A DNA stretch of 64,000 nt from an uncultured Nitrososphaerota archaeon (GCA_963701075.1 OY969559.1:736001-800000), one strand, 5' to 3'; counted from the first letter of the stretch, positions 35,201 to 46,646 are shown. Notes: a model not told the origin generated them from the letters alone. A program made the numbers and translations.

Positions 35201-35971
35201 TCAGATTCTTGTTCCTAGTCCACGAACGTACACACATTGATCATATGAGATGGCCATTTCATTCTCTTGGATTCTTCTATCTGTGAGTATGGCACCAGAG
35301 TCTCTAATGAGTGCAGCAGGAATGGCTTCTGCTCCTTCTCCCATCTTGAGGTTTGCAATAGATGCTAGATCATCGGCTACAGCTTGAAATGTCACTTTGA
35401 GTGGATTTCCGTACAAATCTTTTTGACCTCTAAGATCTGATAATGGTTCTATTCCGGAACACGCAATTGCAACACCTACAGTTCCTGCCCTAGCCGGCAT
35501 TAACCTGCTGTCTATTATGATTATTCCTACATGAACGTGATATGTTAGTAGAAATTTGCGCCTTAGCTGTTCTGACACGACATAAGGATCAATTGGGTAT
35601 AACACCACATCTCCCTTTTTTGCATTGGATTTGTCTATGCCTGCATTTGGCGCCATGATATAATCTGACGATGTTATGACAAACCCAGGAATGCCGCCAA
35701 AAATCACATCTGATTCTCTTAGAATGATCTCGGCTATTTTTGATTTAATATGGAACTTTGATGCAATAGTTCCAGCCTCCAAAGACGGAGACACTTTATC
35801 ATATTCTACTATTCTTCCTTGGGAATTTGCAACATATTTGCTTGATATTACAACAACATCTCCATTTTGAGGTTTTAATCCCTCGATTTCAAGATCTGAT
35901 TTCAGATTCTCGAACAGATCGAATCTCTCAGTCTTTGGCAAGGACTTTATTGAAAATACTGAAAGCGACAT
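35201..35971 (-). CDS. cofE: Coenzyme F420-0:L-glutamate ligase
   Basis: GDVVVISSK, PNAGIDKSN, IIDS, DLYG, MGEG. Confidence 0.9.
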   Translation of the reverse strand: MSLSVFSIKSLPKTERFDLFENLKSDLEIEGLKPQNGDVVVISSKYVANSQGRIVEYDKVSPSLEAGTIASKFHIKSKIAEIILRESDVIFGGIPGFVITSSDYIMAPNAGIDKSNAKKGDVVLYPIDPYVVSEQLRRKFLLTYHVHVGIIIIDSRLMPARAGTVGVAIACSGIEPLSDLRGQKDLYGNPLKVTFQAVADDLASIANLKMGEGAEAIPAALIRDSGAILTDRRIQENEMAISYDQCVYVRGLGTRI

Positions 35972-36022
35972 GGATACCTCATAACTGAATTTACTATTTA
36001 GCGTTCTGCAGATATGGAATTA

Positions 36023-36652
36023 TTATTCAGACATGCTTGATTTTTTGCGCTTTGAGATGGTCTTTCTTCTGAATATGAACACGGCTAGACCTATAACAAT
36101 AGCGGCAAGTGCACCATCGACCAAGAGTTGGTTATTGTCATTGTTGGTAGTATCAGTATTGATCTTAGGGCTGCTCTCAGACGTTGTGTTGAAAACCGTT
36201 TGGTTTGTTGTTTGCAGTTCTCCCTGAGATACATAAATTGGGAAGGTGACCTCATCAAGTGATGCTGAGGCGTCTGTTGAGAAAGCAGTATCATTTAGGT
36301 CAATTTCCACTTGATAACTCCCTGGTTTCTCAAACTGATATGGTATTCCGGCCTTTCCTGTAATTGTTGACCCTCCTGGCAATATGAGAAATTGGCTTGT
36401 TTCATTTTTTATGATAAATTTGTAGTAAATATCTCCACGTAGAACTTTACTCTGTGGGTCTATGAACTGGATGAGAATAACGGTGAGTTGACCTGTAACA
36501 GGATTTGCCGGAGAGGTTGAGAGATTAACGAATGCCAGTCCCTTACTTGATAATCTGGTCTGTGGTGCAGATTCTTCCTGTGCATAAACCACATGCTGGA
36601 ATAATGATGCAAGTATGAAAAAAGCTGATAATTTCAAAAGTTTCGAAACCAA
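36023..36652 (-). CDS. Exported Ig-like protein with C-terminal membrane anchor
   Basis: Signal peptide (VYA), beta domain ending FEKPGSYQVEI, Thr/Asn linker, TM, basic tail. Confidence 0.75.
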   Translation of the reverse strand: MVSKLLKLSAFFILASLFQHVVYAQEESAPQTRLSSKGLAFVNLSTSPANPVTGQLTVILIQFIDPQSKVLRGDIYYKFIIKNETSQFLILPGGSTITGKAGIPYQFEKPGSYQVEIDLNDTAFSTDASASLDEVTFPIYVSQGELQTTNQTVFNTTSESSPKINTDTTNNDNNQLLVDGALAAIVIGLAVFIFRRKTISKRKKSSMSE

Positions 36653-36731
36653 TCTTTTTTAGATGATTTTTCAAGGGATGTAAATCTTTGGAGACGACTC
36701 TTTTCTGCAAACGTTTTAATTTCTAAAAAGG

Positions 36732-38015
36732 GTGTTTCTTTTGTTGAATATCACTGAAAAGATTCTGGCTAGAGCATCAGGAAAAACCAAAGTCTCGCCT
36801 GACGATGTTATATTTGCTAATGTGGATAAAGTAATGATACACGATGTATCAGGACCAGGAGTAATAGCTGTATTTGAGAAATTAAAGAAGACTGGAATGA
36901 AGATTGAAAAATTATGGGCCCCGGAAAAAGTATGGGTTGCAGAGGATCATTTTGTACCTGCAGCTGACAAAATATCTGCTCAAAACGTGGTATTGCTGAC
37001 GCAATTCACAAAAGAGTATGGCATAGAAAAGCATTTCAAATATGGCATGGGTCAGTATGGGATCTGTCATACGCTTTCTCATGAAGAGGCAATGGTCTTA
37101 CCAGGAGAAGTCTATGTTGGAGGTGATTCGCATACCAATACCACTGGAGCGCTAGGTGCATTTGCAGCAGGGCTTGGACATACTGATGTGGCATACGTTC
37201 TATTGAATGGAAAGATCTGGTTTAAGGTTCCAGAGACAATATACTTTAAGCTAAATGGAAAATTGCCTGACTATGTAATGGCAAAGGACTTGATATTGAA
37301 AATAATTGGGGACATTGGTACTGATGGTGGTGCATACAAGACAATGCAATTTGGAGGATCGGGGGTATCTGAAATGTCTGTTGAGGAAAGGTTGACCCTA
37401 ACCAACATGACTACAGAAGCTGGAGCAAAAAGCGGAATAATTGAACCAGATCAAAAGCTACGTGACTATCTTGCACAGCGGGGAGCTACAAATTACAATG
37501 AAGTTCACGGAGACCCTGACGCTCAATATGAAAAAATCTACGAGTATGAGGCATCTGAACTTGATCCAATCGTAGCCAAGCCGTTCTCTCCAGAAAATAT
37601 TGCAGTTGCAAGAGAACTATCGTCTGTATCCCTTGACAAGGCATACATTGGATCATGTACTGGTGCAAAACTTGAGGACTTGAGAGCTGTTGCAAAAATC
37701 TTCAAAGGAAGAACAGTAAAGATTAGAACCGAAATACTTCCTGCAGCGATATCTATCTTCAGAAAGGCAATGGATGAAGGACTTGTAAAGATTTTCATGG
37801 ATGCAGGAGCAATGGTTGGTCCACCAACATGTGGTGCTTGCTGTGGTGCGCATATGGGAGTCTTGGCAAAAGATGAGGTATGCATCAGCACCACAAATAG
37901 AAATTTCCCAGGAAGAATGGGACATGTTGAATCAAGGACATATCTTGCTTCTCCACTTGTTGCAGCTGCATCGGCAATCACAGGGAAAATCACAGACCCG
38001 AGGGACATTAAATGA
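36732..38015 (+). CDS. Homoaconitase/3-isopropylmalate dehydratase family large subunit (archaeal type)
   Basis: DSHT, IGSCT, CGACCG, STTNRNFPGRMG. Confidence 0.92.
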   Translation: MFLLLNITEKILARASGKTKVSPDDVIFANVDKVMIHDVSGPGVIAVFEKLKKTGMKIEKLWAPEKVWVAEDHFVPAADKISAQNVVLLTQFTKEYGIEKHFKYGMGQYGICHTLSHEEAMVLPGEVYVGGDSHTNTTGALGAFAAGLGHTDVAYVLLNGKIWFKVPETIYFKLNGKLPDYVMAKDLILKIIGDIGTDGGAYKTMQFGGSGVSEMSVEERLTLTNMTTEAGAKSGIIEPDQKLRDYLAQRGATNYNEVHGDPDAQYEKIYEYEASELDPIVAKPFSPENIAVARELSSVSLDKAYIGSCTGAKLEDLRAVAKIFKGRTVKIRTEILPAAISIFRKAMDEGLVKIFMDAGAMVGPPTCGACCGAHMGVLAKDEVCISTTNRNFPGRMGHVESRTYLASPLVAAASAITGKITDPRDIK

Positions 38016-38494
38016 AAGGCTCAGTAATAAAATACGAAAAAGACAATATCGATACAGATGTAATCTTACCTGGACCGTACCTAAAAATTCATGATTACAA
38101 TGAGCTTGCAAAACATGCCATGGAGGGAATTGACAAAGATTTTCACAAAAAAGTAAAACCTGGAGATTTTATAGTTGCAGGTAAAAACTTTGGCTGTGGA
38201 TCCTCAAGGGAGCATGCGCCAATAGCACTTTCATACTCTGGAGTCAAAGCAGTTCTTGCATTGTCCTTTGCAAGAATATTCTATAGAAATGCAGTAGATG
38301 GGGCATTTTTGCTACCTATTGAGATAGAAGAAAGTACCTACAAGGACATATCTGAAGGAGATCAACTCGAGATTGAAACATCTAAAAATGAAATAAGGAA
38401 TATGACCAAAAATACAACCTATAAAATAAAGCCATTTCCAGAATTGATAGGAAAAATAATTGCAGCAGGTGGACTGTTCAACTACAAACCATAG
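38012..38494 (+). CDS. Homoaconitase/3-isopropylmalate dehydratase family small subunit (archaeal type)
   Basis: [27 protein letters not shown]. Confidence 0.92.
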   Translation: MKGSVIKYEKDNIDTDVILPGPYLKIHDYNELAKHAMEGIDKDFHKKVKPGDFIVAGKNFGCGSSREHAPIALSYSGVKAVLALSFARIFYRNAVDGAFLLPIEIEESTYKDISEGDQLEIETSKNEIRNMTKNTTYKIKPFPELIGKIIAAGGLFNYKP

Positions 38495-38563
38495 TGGATA
38501 TCTATTCTGCAACAAATTGTTCGTTATACCATTATATCTCCGATTTGAGTGTGAATAATTTAG

Positions 38564-39977
38564 ATGGCAAAGACCTTATTTGAAAAGATCTGGGACTCGC
38601 ATGTAGTAGAAGAGGGAAGCGGTCGTTCTCTATTGTACGTTGACAGGCATCTAGTGCATGAGGTTACATCGCCACAGGCTTTCGATGGATTGCGTATGAA
38701 CAAGAGAAATGTACGAAGAACAGATCTTACTTTTGCAACGATGGATCATAATGTGCCAACAAGCAACAGGTCATTGCCCATATTAGACCAAACTTCTGCA
38801 ACGCAGATAAAGACGCTTGAAAGAAATTGCAAAGAGTTTGGAATTGAGCTTTTCGACATTAATAGTCCAAATCAGGGTATAGTTCATGTCATAGGTCCTG
38901 AACTTGGAATCACCTTGCCTGGAACAACAATAGTTTGTGGTGATAGCCACACCTCTACTCATGGAGCTTTTGGTGCGCTTGCCTTTGGAATTGGCACAAG
39001 TGATGTAGAACATGTATTGGCGACTCAATGCATATGGATGGAAAAGCCAAAGACATTTGAAATTAGGGTGGAGGGGAAACGAAAGAATCCTCATGCAATA
39101 ACTGCTAAAGACATTATACTTTCGATAATACGGCAGATTGGTACTGCTGGCGGTACAGGCACAATATTTGAGTATAGAGGGGAAGCAATCTCGGAACTTA
39201 GTATGGAACAAAGGATGACCATATGCAATATGTCAATTGAGGGAGGTGCAAGAGCAGGCCTTGTCAGCTCCAGATGAAAAGACATTTGATTATTTGAAAG
39301 GAAGAAGATACATCCCCAAAAATTACGACAAATTGGTAGAGTACTGGAGAGAAAACTTGAAGACTGATAGTAACGCAAGATTTGACAAAAGTTTCACGTT
39401 ACATGCAGATGCCATTGCGCCTCAGGTAAGCTGGGGAACAAATCCTGCAATGACTGTTGATGTTACAGGCAAGGTTCCATTTCCTGAAGAATATGCAAAA
39501 GGAAACCCCGAGGAAGAAAAAGCTGCAACCAAAGCCCTACAATACATGGGGCTCAAATCGGGAACTTTGATTACTGACATTGAGCTAGACAGAATTTTCA
39601 TTGGTTCTTGTACAAATTCTAGATTGGAAGATTTGATCGAGGCTTCAAAAATAGTAAAAGGAAACAAAATCTCATCAAAAGTGAGGGCGATGATTGTACC
39701 AGGATCACAACATGTGAAGAAACAAGCAGAAGAACTAGGTCTTGACAGGATCTTCAAAGACGCAGGTTTTGAGTGGCGAGAATCAGGGTGTAGCATGTGT
39801 CTTGGAATGAATCCCGACATTCTATCCGCTGGTGAGAGATGTGCCAGTACTTCTAATAGAAACTTTGAAGGCAGGCAAGGTTCTGGTGGCAGGACACATC
39901 TTGTTAGTCCGGTAATGGCTGCCGCTGCATCAATTCAGGGCCATTTTGTTGATGTGCGCGAGTTGGATTTGAACTGA
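38564..39977 (+). CDS. leuC: 3-isopropylmalate dehydratase large subunit (bacterial type), apparent frameshift near 39265
   Basis: [54 protein letters not shown]. Confidence 0.94.
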
Positions 39978-39978
39978 G

Positions 39979-40569
39979 ATGGAGCCTTTCATAAAAATCA
40001 AAAGTATTGCGACTCCTCTTGACAAGGTCAACGTTGACACTGATCAGATAATTCCAAAACAATTCTTAAAACTAGTTCAAAAAACTGGGTTTGGTCAGTA
40101 TTTGTTTTATGACTGGAGGTATGAAAAAGATGGAACTGCAAAAAAAGATTTTGTTTTAAATGAACCAAGATATAGAGATTCAAAGATATTATTAACAAGA
40201 AACAATTTTGGATGTGGATCAAGCAGAGAACATGCTGCTTGGGCACTTTTAGATTTTGGATTCCGAGCAGTATTGTCTACCTCGTTTGCTGATATTTTTT
40301 ACAACAACTGCTTCAAAAATGGAATATTGCCAATAAAGGTAAGTGAGCAGGTATTGCAGAAATTATTTGAAAGCAGATCTGAGATTGAAATAGATCTGGA
40401 AAAACAAACCATAACCAATGATGATGTCACTATATCTTTTGATATTGAACCTCATTGGAAAAAAATTCTTCTTGAAGGCCTTGATGATATTGCAGTGACA
40501 CTACAACATAACAATGAGATCTCAAAATATGAAAATGCGCAAAGAAACTCTAGTCTTAGAGTTTCTTAA
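39979..40569 (+). CDS. leuD: 3-isopropylmalate dehydratase small subunit
   Basis: [29 protein letters not shown]. Confidence 0.94.
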   Translation: MEPFIKIKSIATPLDKVNVDTDQIIPKQFLKLVQKTGFGQYLFYDWRYEKDGTAKKDFVLNEPRYRDSKILLTRNNFGCGSSREHAAWALLDFGFRAVLSTSFADIFYNNCFKNGILPIKVSEQVLQKLFESRSEIEIDLEKQTITNDDVTISFDIEPHWKKILLEGLDDIAVTLQHNNEISKYENAQRNSSLRVS

Positions 40570-41283
40570 TTATTGTATTTACTAGTTCTTTTTCTCTTTC
40601 GACACGGCTTGGGGAGTCGACATCAATCCATGGACTCTTTCCTATGTCATAAGCACTAATCTTCCCTTCTTTTGATAGCGGTTGGAGAATATCATATGAG
40701 AGGTTCATCTCTTTTCTTTTAACTTTTTTTGATTTGATGATCTTCAGAATTTTTGAATTCAGTATATAGACACCAAGGCATTCGGCCATCTCGAGTTTTA
40801 TCGTTGGCTTTTCCCTAAATTCAACGACAATTCCATTTTCTACTATGGCATAACCCGTTTCTTCTTTTCTATATCTTCTGGTAGCTATTGTACTAAGGTG
40901 TTTTTTTCTCTATGGAATTGATACATGTTTTTGATATCAAGGGGCGTCAAGTTATCCACAAACCATAGCAGAAACTCTGAATTTTTTTCTAGAATCTTCT
41001 CTAAATGTACCAGATCTCCGCCAGTTCCACTCTGCGAGTCTTGAATGAATTTGAGTGGCTTTGTTGCTCTTTTGTAATTTTCAAAATACTTTTCTATTTG
41101 TTTGCCCAGGCCATCAAAATCTGCAAGAATGATTATCTCGTCTATGATCTTAAATGATGACAGATATTCCACGATGTGAGCAATTAGTGGTTTTCCCTGA
41201 ACTGGTATCATCGCCTTTGGCATATAGTCTGTAAAAGGCCTTCCACGTGTTCCACGTCCGCCGGCCAGAATTACAGCTTTCAA
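40556..41283 (-). CDS. Sugar-phosphate nucleotidyltransferase family, apparent frameshift near 40893
   Basis: ILAGGRGTRGRP..PKAM; restored middle EFREKP; C-terminal WIDVD. Confidence 0.85.
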
Positions 41284-41285
41284 AG

Positions 41286-41729
41286 CTATCTGTATGATTT
41301 CTGTTTTCTTCTTCTAGCGCTAGGGCCGCCAAACTTCTTTGGCTCTTTTCTCCTGTCATCGCCACTAAGCAAATGTTTATCGTATTCTGCAATTCTCTTT
41401 TTTAGATCTTCGCGAACTGTTCTTGTAAATGGATGCTCTTTTGGCTCTTTTCTTGTCTTTGTCCAGCCTGTTAAAGCTCTTGATATTGCAACAGCGCTGG
41501 CATACGATTGTCCCATAAAGCCACCGCCGCGTACTCTGACTGAAAGATCAATTTTGTTTCTAAGATCTCCTGTGATTTCAAGCGGAGCAAGAATTACTTC
41601 TCTTGCTATCTCTTGTTGAATCATCTCTACTGGAACATTGTTGATTCTAACTTTGCCTGCTCCCTTTGTGATAAAGGCATGAGCGCGTGCAGCTTTTCTT
41701 GATGCAAAATAACCTTCAAGTTTTGCCAT
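41286..41729 (-). CDS. rps9: 30S ribosomal protein S9
   Basis: VRGGGFMGQ, KEPKKFGG, QKSYR end. Confidence 0.96.
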   Translation of the reverse strand: MAKLEGYFASRKAARAHAFITKGAGKVRINNVPVEMIQQEIAREVILAPLEITGDLRNKIDLSVRVRGGGFMGQSYASAVAISRALTGWTKTRKEPKEHPFTRTVREDLKKRIAEYDKHLLSGDDRRKEPKKFGGPSARRRKQKSYR

Positions 41730-42208
41730 TATTCGTGCCACCCTACAGTTCTGCCTAGATCTCCAAAAGTTGTATAATATGCAGCAGGCCTTTTTATTTT
41801 TGCATCTTCAAACTGGGTAGTCTTTTTTGATTTTAATTCATTTGGAACGCCCAAGTATGCCCTCAATCTCTTCAAGGCTGTCTGGCCAGAAGGCTTGTTC
41901 TTTGGAAGCATGCCTCTCACCATCTTTGTGATCATCGTATCAGGTCGACGAGGATGGAATGGACCAAATTTAGGATTATTGATACTTGCTACCTCGAGAA
42001 ACTTTCTATATTCACCAATTATCATATACCTGTCTCCACTAAGCATGATGTTTTCAGAATTTACAATTGAAACTCTTGTACCATTTATCAATAATTTTGC
42101 TACATGCGAACACAGTCTTCCTGCAATTTGGTTTGTACCGTCTACTATGATGCCCTGAGGCTGTTTTTTAGATTCTGCCTTTGCCTGTGTTTGTTCTTGT
42201 TTAGCCAA
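41729..42208 (-). CDS. rpl13: 50S ribosomal protein L13
   Basis: IAGRLCS, GPFHPRRP, VRGMLP. Confidence 0.95.
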   Translation of the reverse strand: MAKQEQTQAKAESKKQPQGIIVDGTNQIAGRLCSHVAKLLINGTRVSIVNSENIMLSGDRYMIIGEYRKFLEVASINNPKFGPFHPRRPDTMITKMVRGMLPKNKPSGQTALKRLRAYLGVPNELKSKKTTQFEDAKIKRPAAYYTTFGDLGRTVGWHE

Positions 42209-42548
42209 GTATTTTCACTCCTTTACCTGTTGGGTTGTTCTTAATTAGTTGTGCAAAGTCTATGATCTTTCCTCCCGACTGTGTTACTTTCTTTGCTCCT
42301 GTTGTAGAAATTGAGAAAGAGCATAATGTTATCTTGTGTGAAATATTTCCAGTACCTAGAACCTTTCCCGGAACTATCACTGTATCATTATCATTTACAG
42401 ACTTGTCAATTTGACCTAAATTGAGTACTCTTCTTGTTCTGGTTGGTTTTAATGCCATCTCTGAAAGTCTTAACCAGATAGGAGCTTTATTCTTCTTTGA
42501 GGCCACCTTGAGCTCTTTTGCCATTCGTATGACAACTTGATTAGTCAT
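42201..42548 (-). CDS. rpl18e: 50S ribosomal protein L18e
   Basis: APIW, VPGKVLGTG. Confidence 0.94.
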   Translation of the reverse strand: MTNQVVIRMAKELKVASKKNKAPIWLRLSEMALKPTRTRRVLNLGQIDKSVNDNDTVIVPGKVLGTGNISHKITLCSFSISTTGAKKVTQSGGKIIDFAQLIKNNPTGKGVKILG

Positions 42549-42587
42549 GTGTACTTATGCCAATTTTTACCCAAATATAATATATGC

Positions 42588-43223
42588 TCAGCCAAGTGCT
42601 GCAAGTGTCTGCTGGAATTCGCCTAATCTCTTCTCTAATTCTTCAACTGCGGCTTTTACTACTTCACCTGGAGTGAGATTTCCTACAGTCTCCACCATCA
42701 AAATATGTTCATCCGCGTTGCTACCTTGAGTTAGAACTGAAACGGTTGCAGAGTTCCATTTTGCATGCTCACTACCTCGCCCAAGCCTTGCATAAGCCTC
42801 AATCTTCAACTTTTGACCTGGTGCCAAAGCCACGATAGGTATGTTGGGATTTACTGGTTTTACAACCTCGTCTTCGGAACTAAGATCTTGTGATGTAACG
42901 GTTCGAGTTGTGTCGGAATTGCCAGAATCTAGCATTAATAAAACTCTACAACGACTACAGCCTAACTCACTATGGCAGTCGCAGGCAGAAGGCTCTACGA
43001 ATCTAGAAAGGTCTGTCTTTAATGGAAGCATGGCAAGTCTATGAGATACACCTTCATCTGCCAGAACTGATGAATTTTCAATCATTACAACATCATCAAT
43101 TGCAAATGTAGGCACGCCGGAAAGGCAAATCCTTCTAAGTGCATTGGCATATTGAAGAGGTATTCCCTTTAATTTAACAATAATTCTATTTTCATTTTCT
43201 TCAATTATCTCTAAAGAAGTCAA
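42588..43223 (-). CDS. rpoD: RNA polymerase subunit D (Rpo3)
   Basis: ANALRR, VPTFAID, NSSVLADE, HAKW. Confidence 0.95.
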   Translation of the reverse strand: MTSLEIIEENENRIIVKLKGIPLQYANALRRICLSGVPTFAIDDVVMIENSSVLADEGVSHRLAMLPLKTDLSRFVEPSACDCHSELGCSRCRVLLMLDSGNSDTTRTVTSQDLSSEDEVVKPVNPNIPIVALAPGQKLKIEAYARLGRGSEHAKWNSATVSVLTQGSNADEHILMVETVGNLTPGEVVKAAVEELEKRLGEFQQTLAALG

Positions 43224-43293
43224 ACCTTGTGGATGAGGACTAAAATTCCAAATAAAAATCTAGCGAGTTTTTCTGTATAGATAAATACCGAGA

Positions 43294-43995
43294 ATGGATA
43301 CCTCAGTCATGGATAAAGTCACTGTTGTCAGGTTGTCTGTAGAGGGCGAAAAATTCGAAATTATAGTCAAACCAGATCCGGCCCTTGAGTTTAAACTTGG
43401 CAAAAGAAAGGAACTTTCAGGCGTCCTAGTCTCTGATGAAGTATATTCGGATTCAAACAAAGGAACAAGGGCATCTGAGGAGAAGTTGATGAAAGCGTTC
43501 AAAACTACAGACTCCAACTCTATTGCGACAATTATAATGCAAAAAGGTGACCTTAATCTCACTACCGATCAGAGACGAAAGATGGTCACAGAAAAACGTA
43601 AACAAATTGTAGATTCTATCGCAAAAAGCTTTGTAGATCCACGATCCCATCTTCCACACCCGCCACTTAGAATAGAACAAGCAATGGATGATGCTAGAGT
43701 CTCAGTTGATCCGTTTAGAAACATAGATGAACAAATCAAAGAAATCGTTGAACAACTCCGATCAATTATTCCACTCAAGTCGGAAAATATGTTACTTGAA
43801 GTTGTCGTACCTGCACAATTTGCGGCTCAATCTTATTCAGTGTTAAAGTCATTTGGTTCTTTGAAGAAGGAAGCATGGCAATCAAATGGATCTCTCAAAG
43901 TAATACTAGATATACCGGCTGCGGCAAGAGCAAACGTGATTGATAGGTTGGGCTCTGTAACCAAAGGTACTGCTTCTGTTGAGGTTGCGAAATGA
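43294..43995 (+). CDS. Ribosome maturation factor SBDS/Sdo1
   Basis: GEKFEI, PHPPLRIEQAM; head of exosome superoperon. Confidence 0.94.
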   Translation: MDTSVMDKVTVVRLSVEGEKFEIIVKPDPALEFKLGKRKELSGVLVSDEVYSDSNKGTRASEEKLMKAFKTTDSNSIATIIMQKGDLNLTTDQRRKMVTEKRKQIVDSIAKSFVDPRSHLPHPPLRIEQAMDDARVSVDPFRNIDEQIKEIVEQLRSIIPLKSENMLLEVVVPAQFAAQSYSVLKSFGSLKKEAWQSNGSLKVILDIPAAARANVIDRLGSVTKGTASVEVAK

Positions 43996-44697
43996 TGGAC
44001 ATAAAAAGAAGATATGTCATACCAGGCGACGTCATTGTAACAGGACCATTAAGACCGGAGCAAAACGTATACCAAGAGGGCGACAGAATAATTTCAACTT
44101 GTGTAGGAATATCTGAAATTTTCGAGAATGCTGTAAGAGTAATTCCACTAACGGGTGTATATGTGCCAAAAACAAATGATTTGGTAATAGGAAAAGTAAT
44201 TGGAACTTCTCCACTGTCTTGGGAGTTTGACATTAATTCTTGTTTTATAGGCTTTTTACCCGCTCAGGATGTTTTTGGCAGAGACTATTCTCCAACCAAG
44301 GATGAATTAAAACAAAGATTGAACATTGGAGACTTGGTAGCTGCAAGAGTGGCAAATTTTGACAGATCACGAGATCCACTTTTGACAGTTCAAGACAGAG
44401 ATCTAGGTAAAATTGATTCTGGCGAGCTGAATCGAGATAACTCCAAGTAAAGTACCTCGGCTGATAGGTAAGAGAGGTTCAATGATCCAATCTATAGAAA
44501 TGGCAACAAAGGCAATTATAACAATAGGTCAAAATGGATGGATTGTGGTATCATGCGAGGATCCAGAGGGATTATTAAAGGCAATTGAGGCGGTAAAAAT
44601 GGTGGATGCCCTAGCGCATACGCCTAACTTGACTGAAAGAGTCAAATCTATGCTAGGAATACCAGAGGATGAAAATAATGACACAATTAATGAGTGA
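43992..44697 (+). CDS. rrp4: Exosome RNA-binding subunit Rrp4, apparent frameshift near 44429
   Basis: VIPGD, S1 domain, restored KVPRLIGKRGSMI KH motif, IGQNGWI. Confidence 0.93.
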
Positions 44698-45394
44698 AGA
44701 TGGAATTAGATGTGATGGGAGAAGAGTAGACCAACTAAGAAATATTTCGATCAAAGTTGGTGTTCTAAAGAATGCTGATGGGTCGGCATATATTGAATTT
44801 GGTAAAAACAAGATTCTCGCAGGTGTCTTTGGACCAAGAGACGTACATCCAAAACATATGGCTAATCAAGATACTGGAATTTTGCGTTGTAGGTATCACA
44901 TGTCACCCTTTTCTGTAACTGAGAGGAAAAATCCAGCTCCATCCCGGAGAGAAATTGAGATATCTAAAGTACTAAAGGAAGCACTTCAACCAGCCTTAAT
45001 CTTGAAAGATTTTCCAAGGACTGTTACCGATGTCTTTGTGGAGGTTCTCCAAGCTGATGGTGGCTCTCGATGTGCTGCTCTTGATGCCGCAGCAGTTGCA
45101 TTGGCAGACACCGGTATACCAATGAGGGACTTGGTATCTGCATGTGCTGCAGGTAAAGTAGCTGACAGAATAGTTCTGGACGTAAACAACGAAGAAGATC
45201 AGGAAGGACAAGCAGACATGCCTGTTGCAATAATGCCAAATTCCGGGAAAGTTACTTTAATGCAACTTGATGGAATCTTGACAGCAGAGGAATACAAAAC
45301 ATGTTTGCAAACAGCTATAGGTGGTTGCAGGCAGGTCTATGAGGTTCAAAGAAGAGCTCTTATTGAAAGATACTTTGAAAGTGGAGTGCAATAA
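44669..45394 (+). CDS. rrp41: Exosome exonuclease Rrp41; start approximate
   Basis: RCDGR, ADGSAY, RREIEIS, QADGG. Confidence 0.95.
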   Translation: MKIMTQLMSEDGIRCDGRRVDQLRNISIKVGVLKNADGSAYIEFGKNKILAGVFGPRDVHPKHMANQDTGILRCRYHMSPFSVTERKNPAPSRREIEISKVLKEALQPALILKDFPRTVTDVFVEVLQADGGSRCAALDAAAVALADTGIPMRDLVSACAAGKVADRIVLDVNNEEDQEGQADMPVAIMPNSGKVTLMQLDGILTAEEYKTCLQTAIGGCRQVYEVQRRALIERYFESGVQ

Positions 45395-45396
45395 AA

Positions 45397-46200
45397 TTGG
45401 AATCGGTAATAATTGATCAATTAAAACGAGAGAAAATCTTGGACTTGCTCAAGCAGGGAAAAAGATTGGATGGCAGAGCTCTTGACGAACAACGCCCTTT
45501 AACAATAGAAACAGGAGTTATTCCAAAGGCAAATGGCTCTGCTAGAGTAAAGCTCGGAAATACCGAAGTCATTACAGGAGTTAAAGTCCAGCCTGACAAG
45601 CCGTTTCCTGATCTAGGAGACAAAGGAATTCTTATCTGTACTGCTGAAATTCTTCCACTTGCGGATCCACATGTAGAGCCTGGACCTCCAAATGAGGAAG
45701 TAATTGAACTTGCCAGAGTTGTAGACCGTGGTATACGAGAGACTGAAATGATTGATCTGCACCAACTTGTTTTAATTGAGAACAAGTCTGTTGTAGGGAT
45801 ATTCATTGATAGCAGTGTTATTGACGCGGATGGAAATCTTTTTGATGCATGTTCATATGCTTCAGTGTCTGCAGTACTTTCCTCAACCATTCCAAAATAT
45901 GAAATTAAAGATGAAGCGCCAGTTTTAGTTGAAGGAGTAACATCCAAGCCTCCGGTGAAGACATTACCAGTTTCAGTTACTATGGCAAGAATAGGAGATT
46001 ACATAATTGTAGATCCTACCAAGGACGAAGAAACATGCATGGACGCAAGAATTACTATCACCACAAACTCTGCAGGTAACATTTGTGCGCTACAAAAGGG
46101 CGGGGGAGATGGATTCTCAGTTGATCAACTTATCAAGTGCTCAGAAATAGCACTCTCTGTGGGAACAAAAATAAGGAAGAAGCTAGAGCAGTTGAAGTAG
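45397..46200 (+). CDS. rrp42: Exosome subunit Rrp42
   Basis: RLDGR, ANGSARV, DGNLFD, VDPT. Confidence 0.95.
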   Translation: MESVIIDQLKREKILDLLKQGKRLDGRALDEQRPLTIETGVIPKANGSARVKLGNTEVITGVKVQPDKPFPDLGDKGILICTAEILPLADPHVEPGPPNEEVIELARVVDRGIRETEMIDLHQLVLIENKSVVGIFIDSSVIDADGNLFDACSYASVSAVLSSTIPKYEIKDEAPVLVEGVTSKPPVKTLPVSVTMARIGDYIIVDPTKDEETCMDARITITTNSAGNICALQKGGGDGFSVDQLIKCSEIALSVGTKIRKKLEQLK

Positions 46201-46201
46201 T

Positions 46202-46417
46202 ATGGCAAAAGGTAAAGGAGCTTCGCTAAAAGGTCTGGGTCAAAAGTATGGATTAAAACCACGCAAAAAGTTTACTGCAGTGCATCGACTTCTCAAGTCT
46301 AAGAGGAGATGTCCAGATTGTGGTTCAATTCAATTCGGTAGAGAAGCAGTTGGTATTTGGGTATGCAAGAAATGCGGTTTCAAAATAGCAGGCATGGCCT
46401 ATGACGTCAAACTTTAG
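46202..46417 (+). CDS. rpl37ae: 50S ribosomal protein L37ae
   Basis: KYG, CPDC...GIWVCKKCG. Confidence 0.93.
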   Translation: MAKGKGASLKGLGQKYGLKPRKKFTAVHRLLKSKRRCPDCGSIQFGREAVGIWVCKKCGFKIAGMAYDVKL

Positions 46418-46646
46418 TGCTAAAATTAAAATTTCTGCTGGTAAAAAAAACAAGGCAATTTTCAAGTCTTTAGAAACTGATAACAAGTTTTATGATGAGA
46501 ACCCAACTCAGACAAAGATGTCACTTGACAAGGAAATAACAATTCTAATTGATACTCAGGAACTTGCACATCTTCGCGCCAACTTGAATTCCACATTACG
46601 TCTGATTCAAACAAGCAACGACGCAATAGAATCGGTAAAAATATAA
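46401..46646 (+). CDS. pcc1: KEOPS complex subunit Pcc1
   Basis: LRANLNSTLRLI motif; position between rpl37ae and pfdB. Confidence 0.82.
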   Translation: MTSNFSAKIKISAGKKNKAIFKSLETDNKFYDENPTQTKMSLDKEITILIDTQELAHLRANLNSTLRLIQTSNDAIESVKI

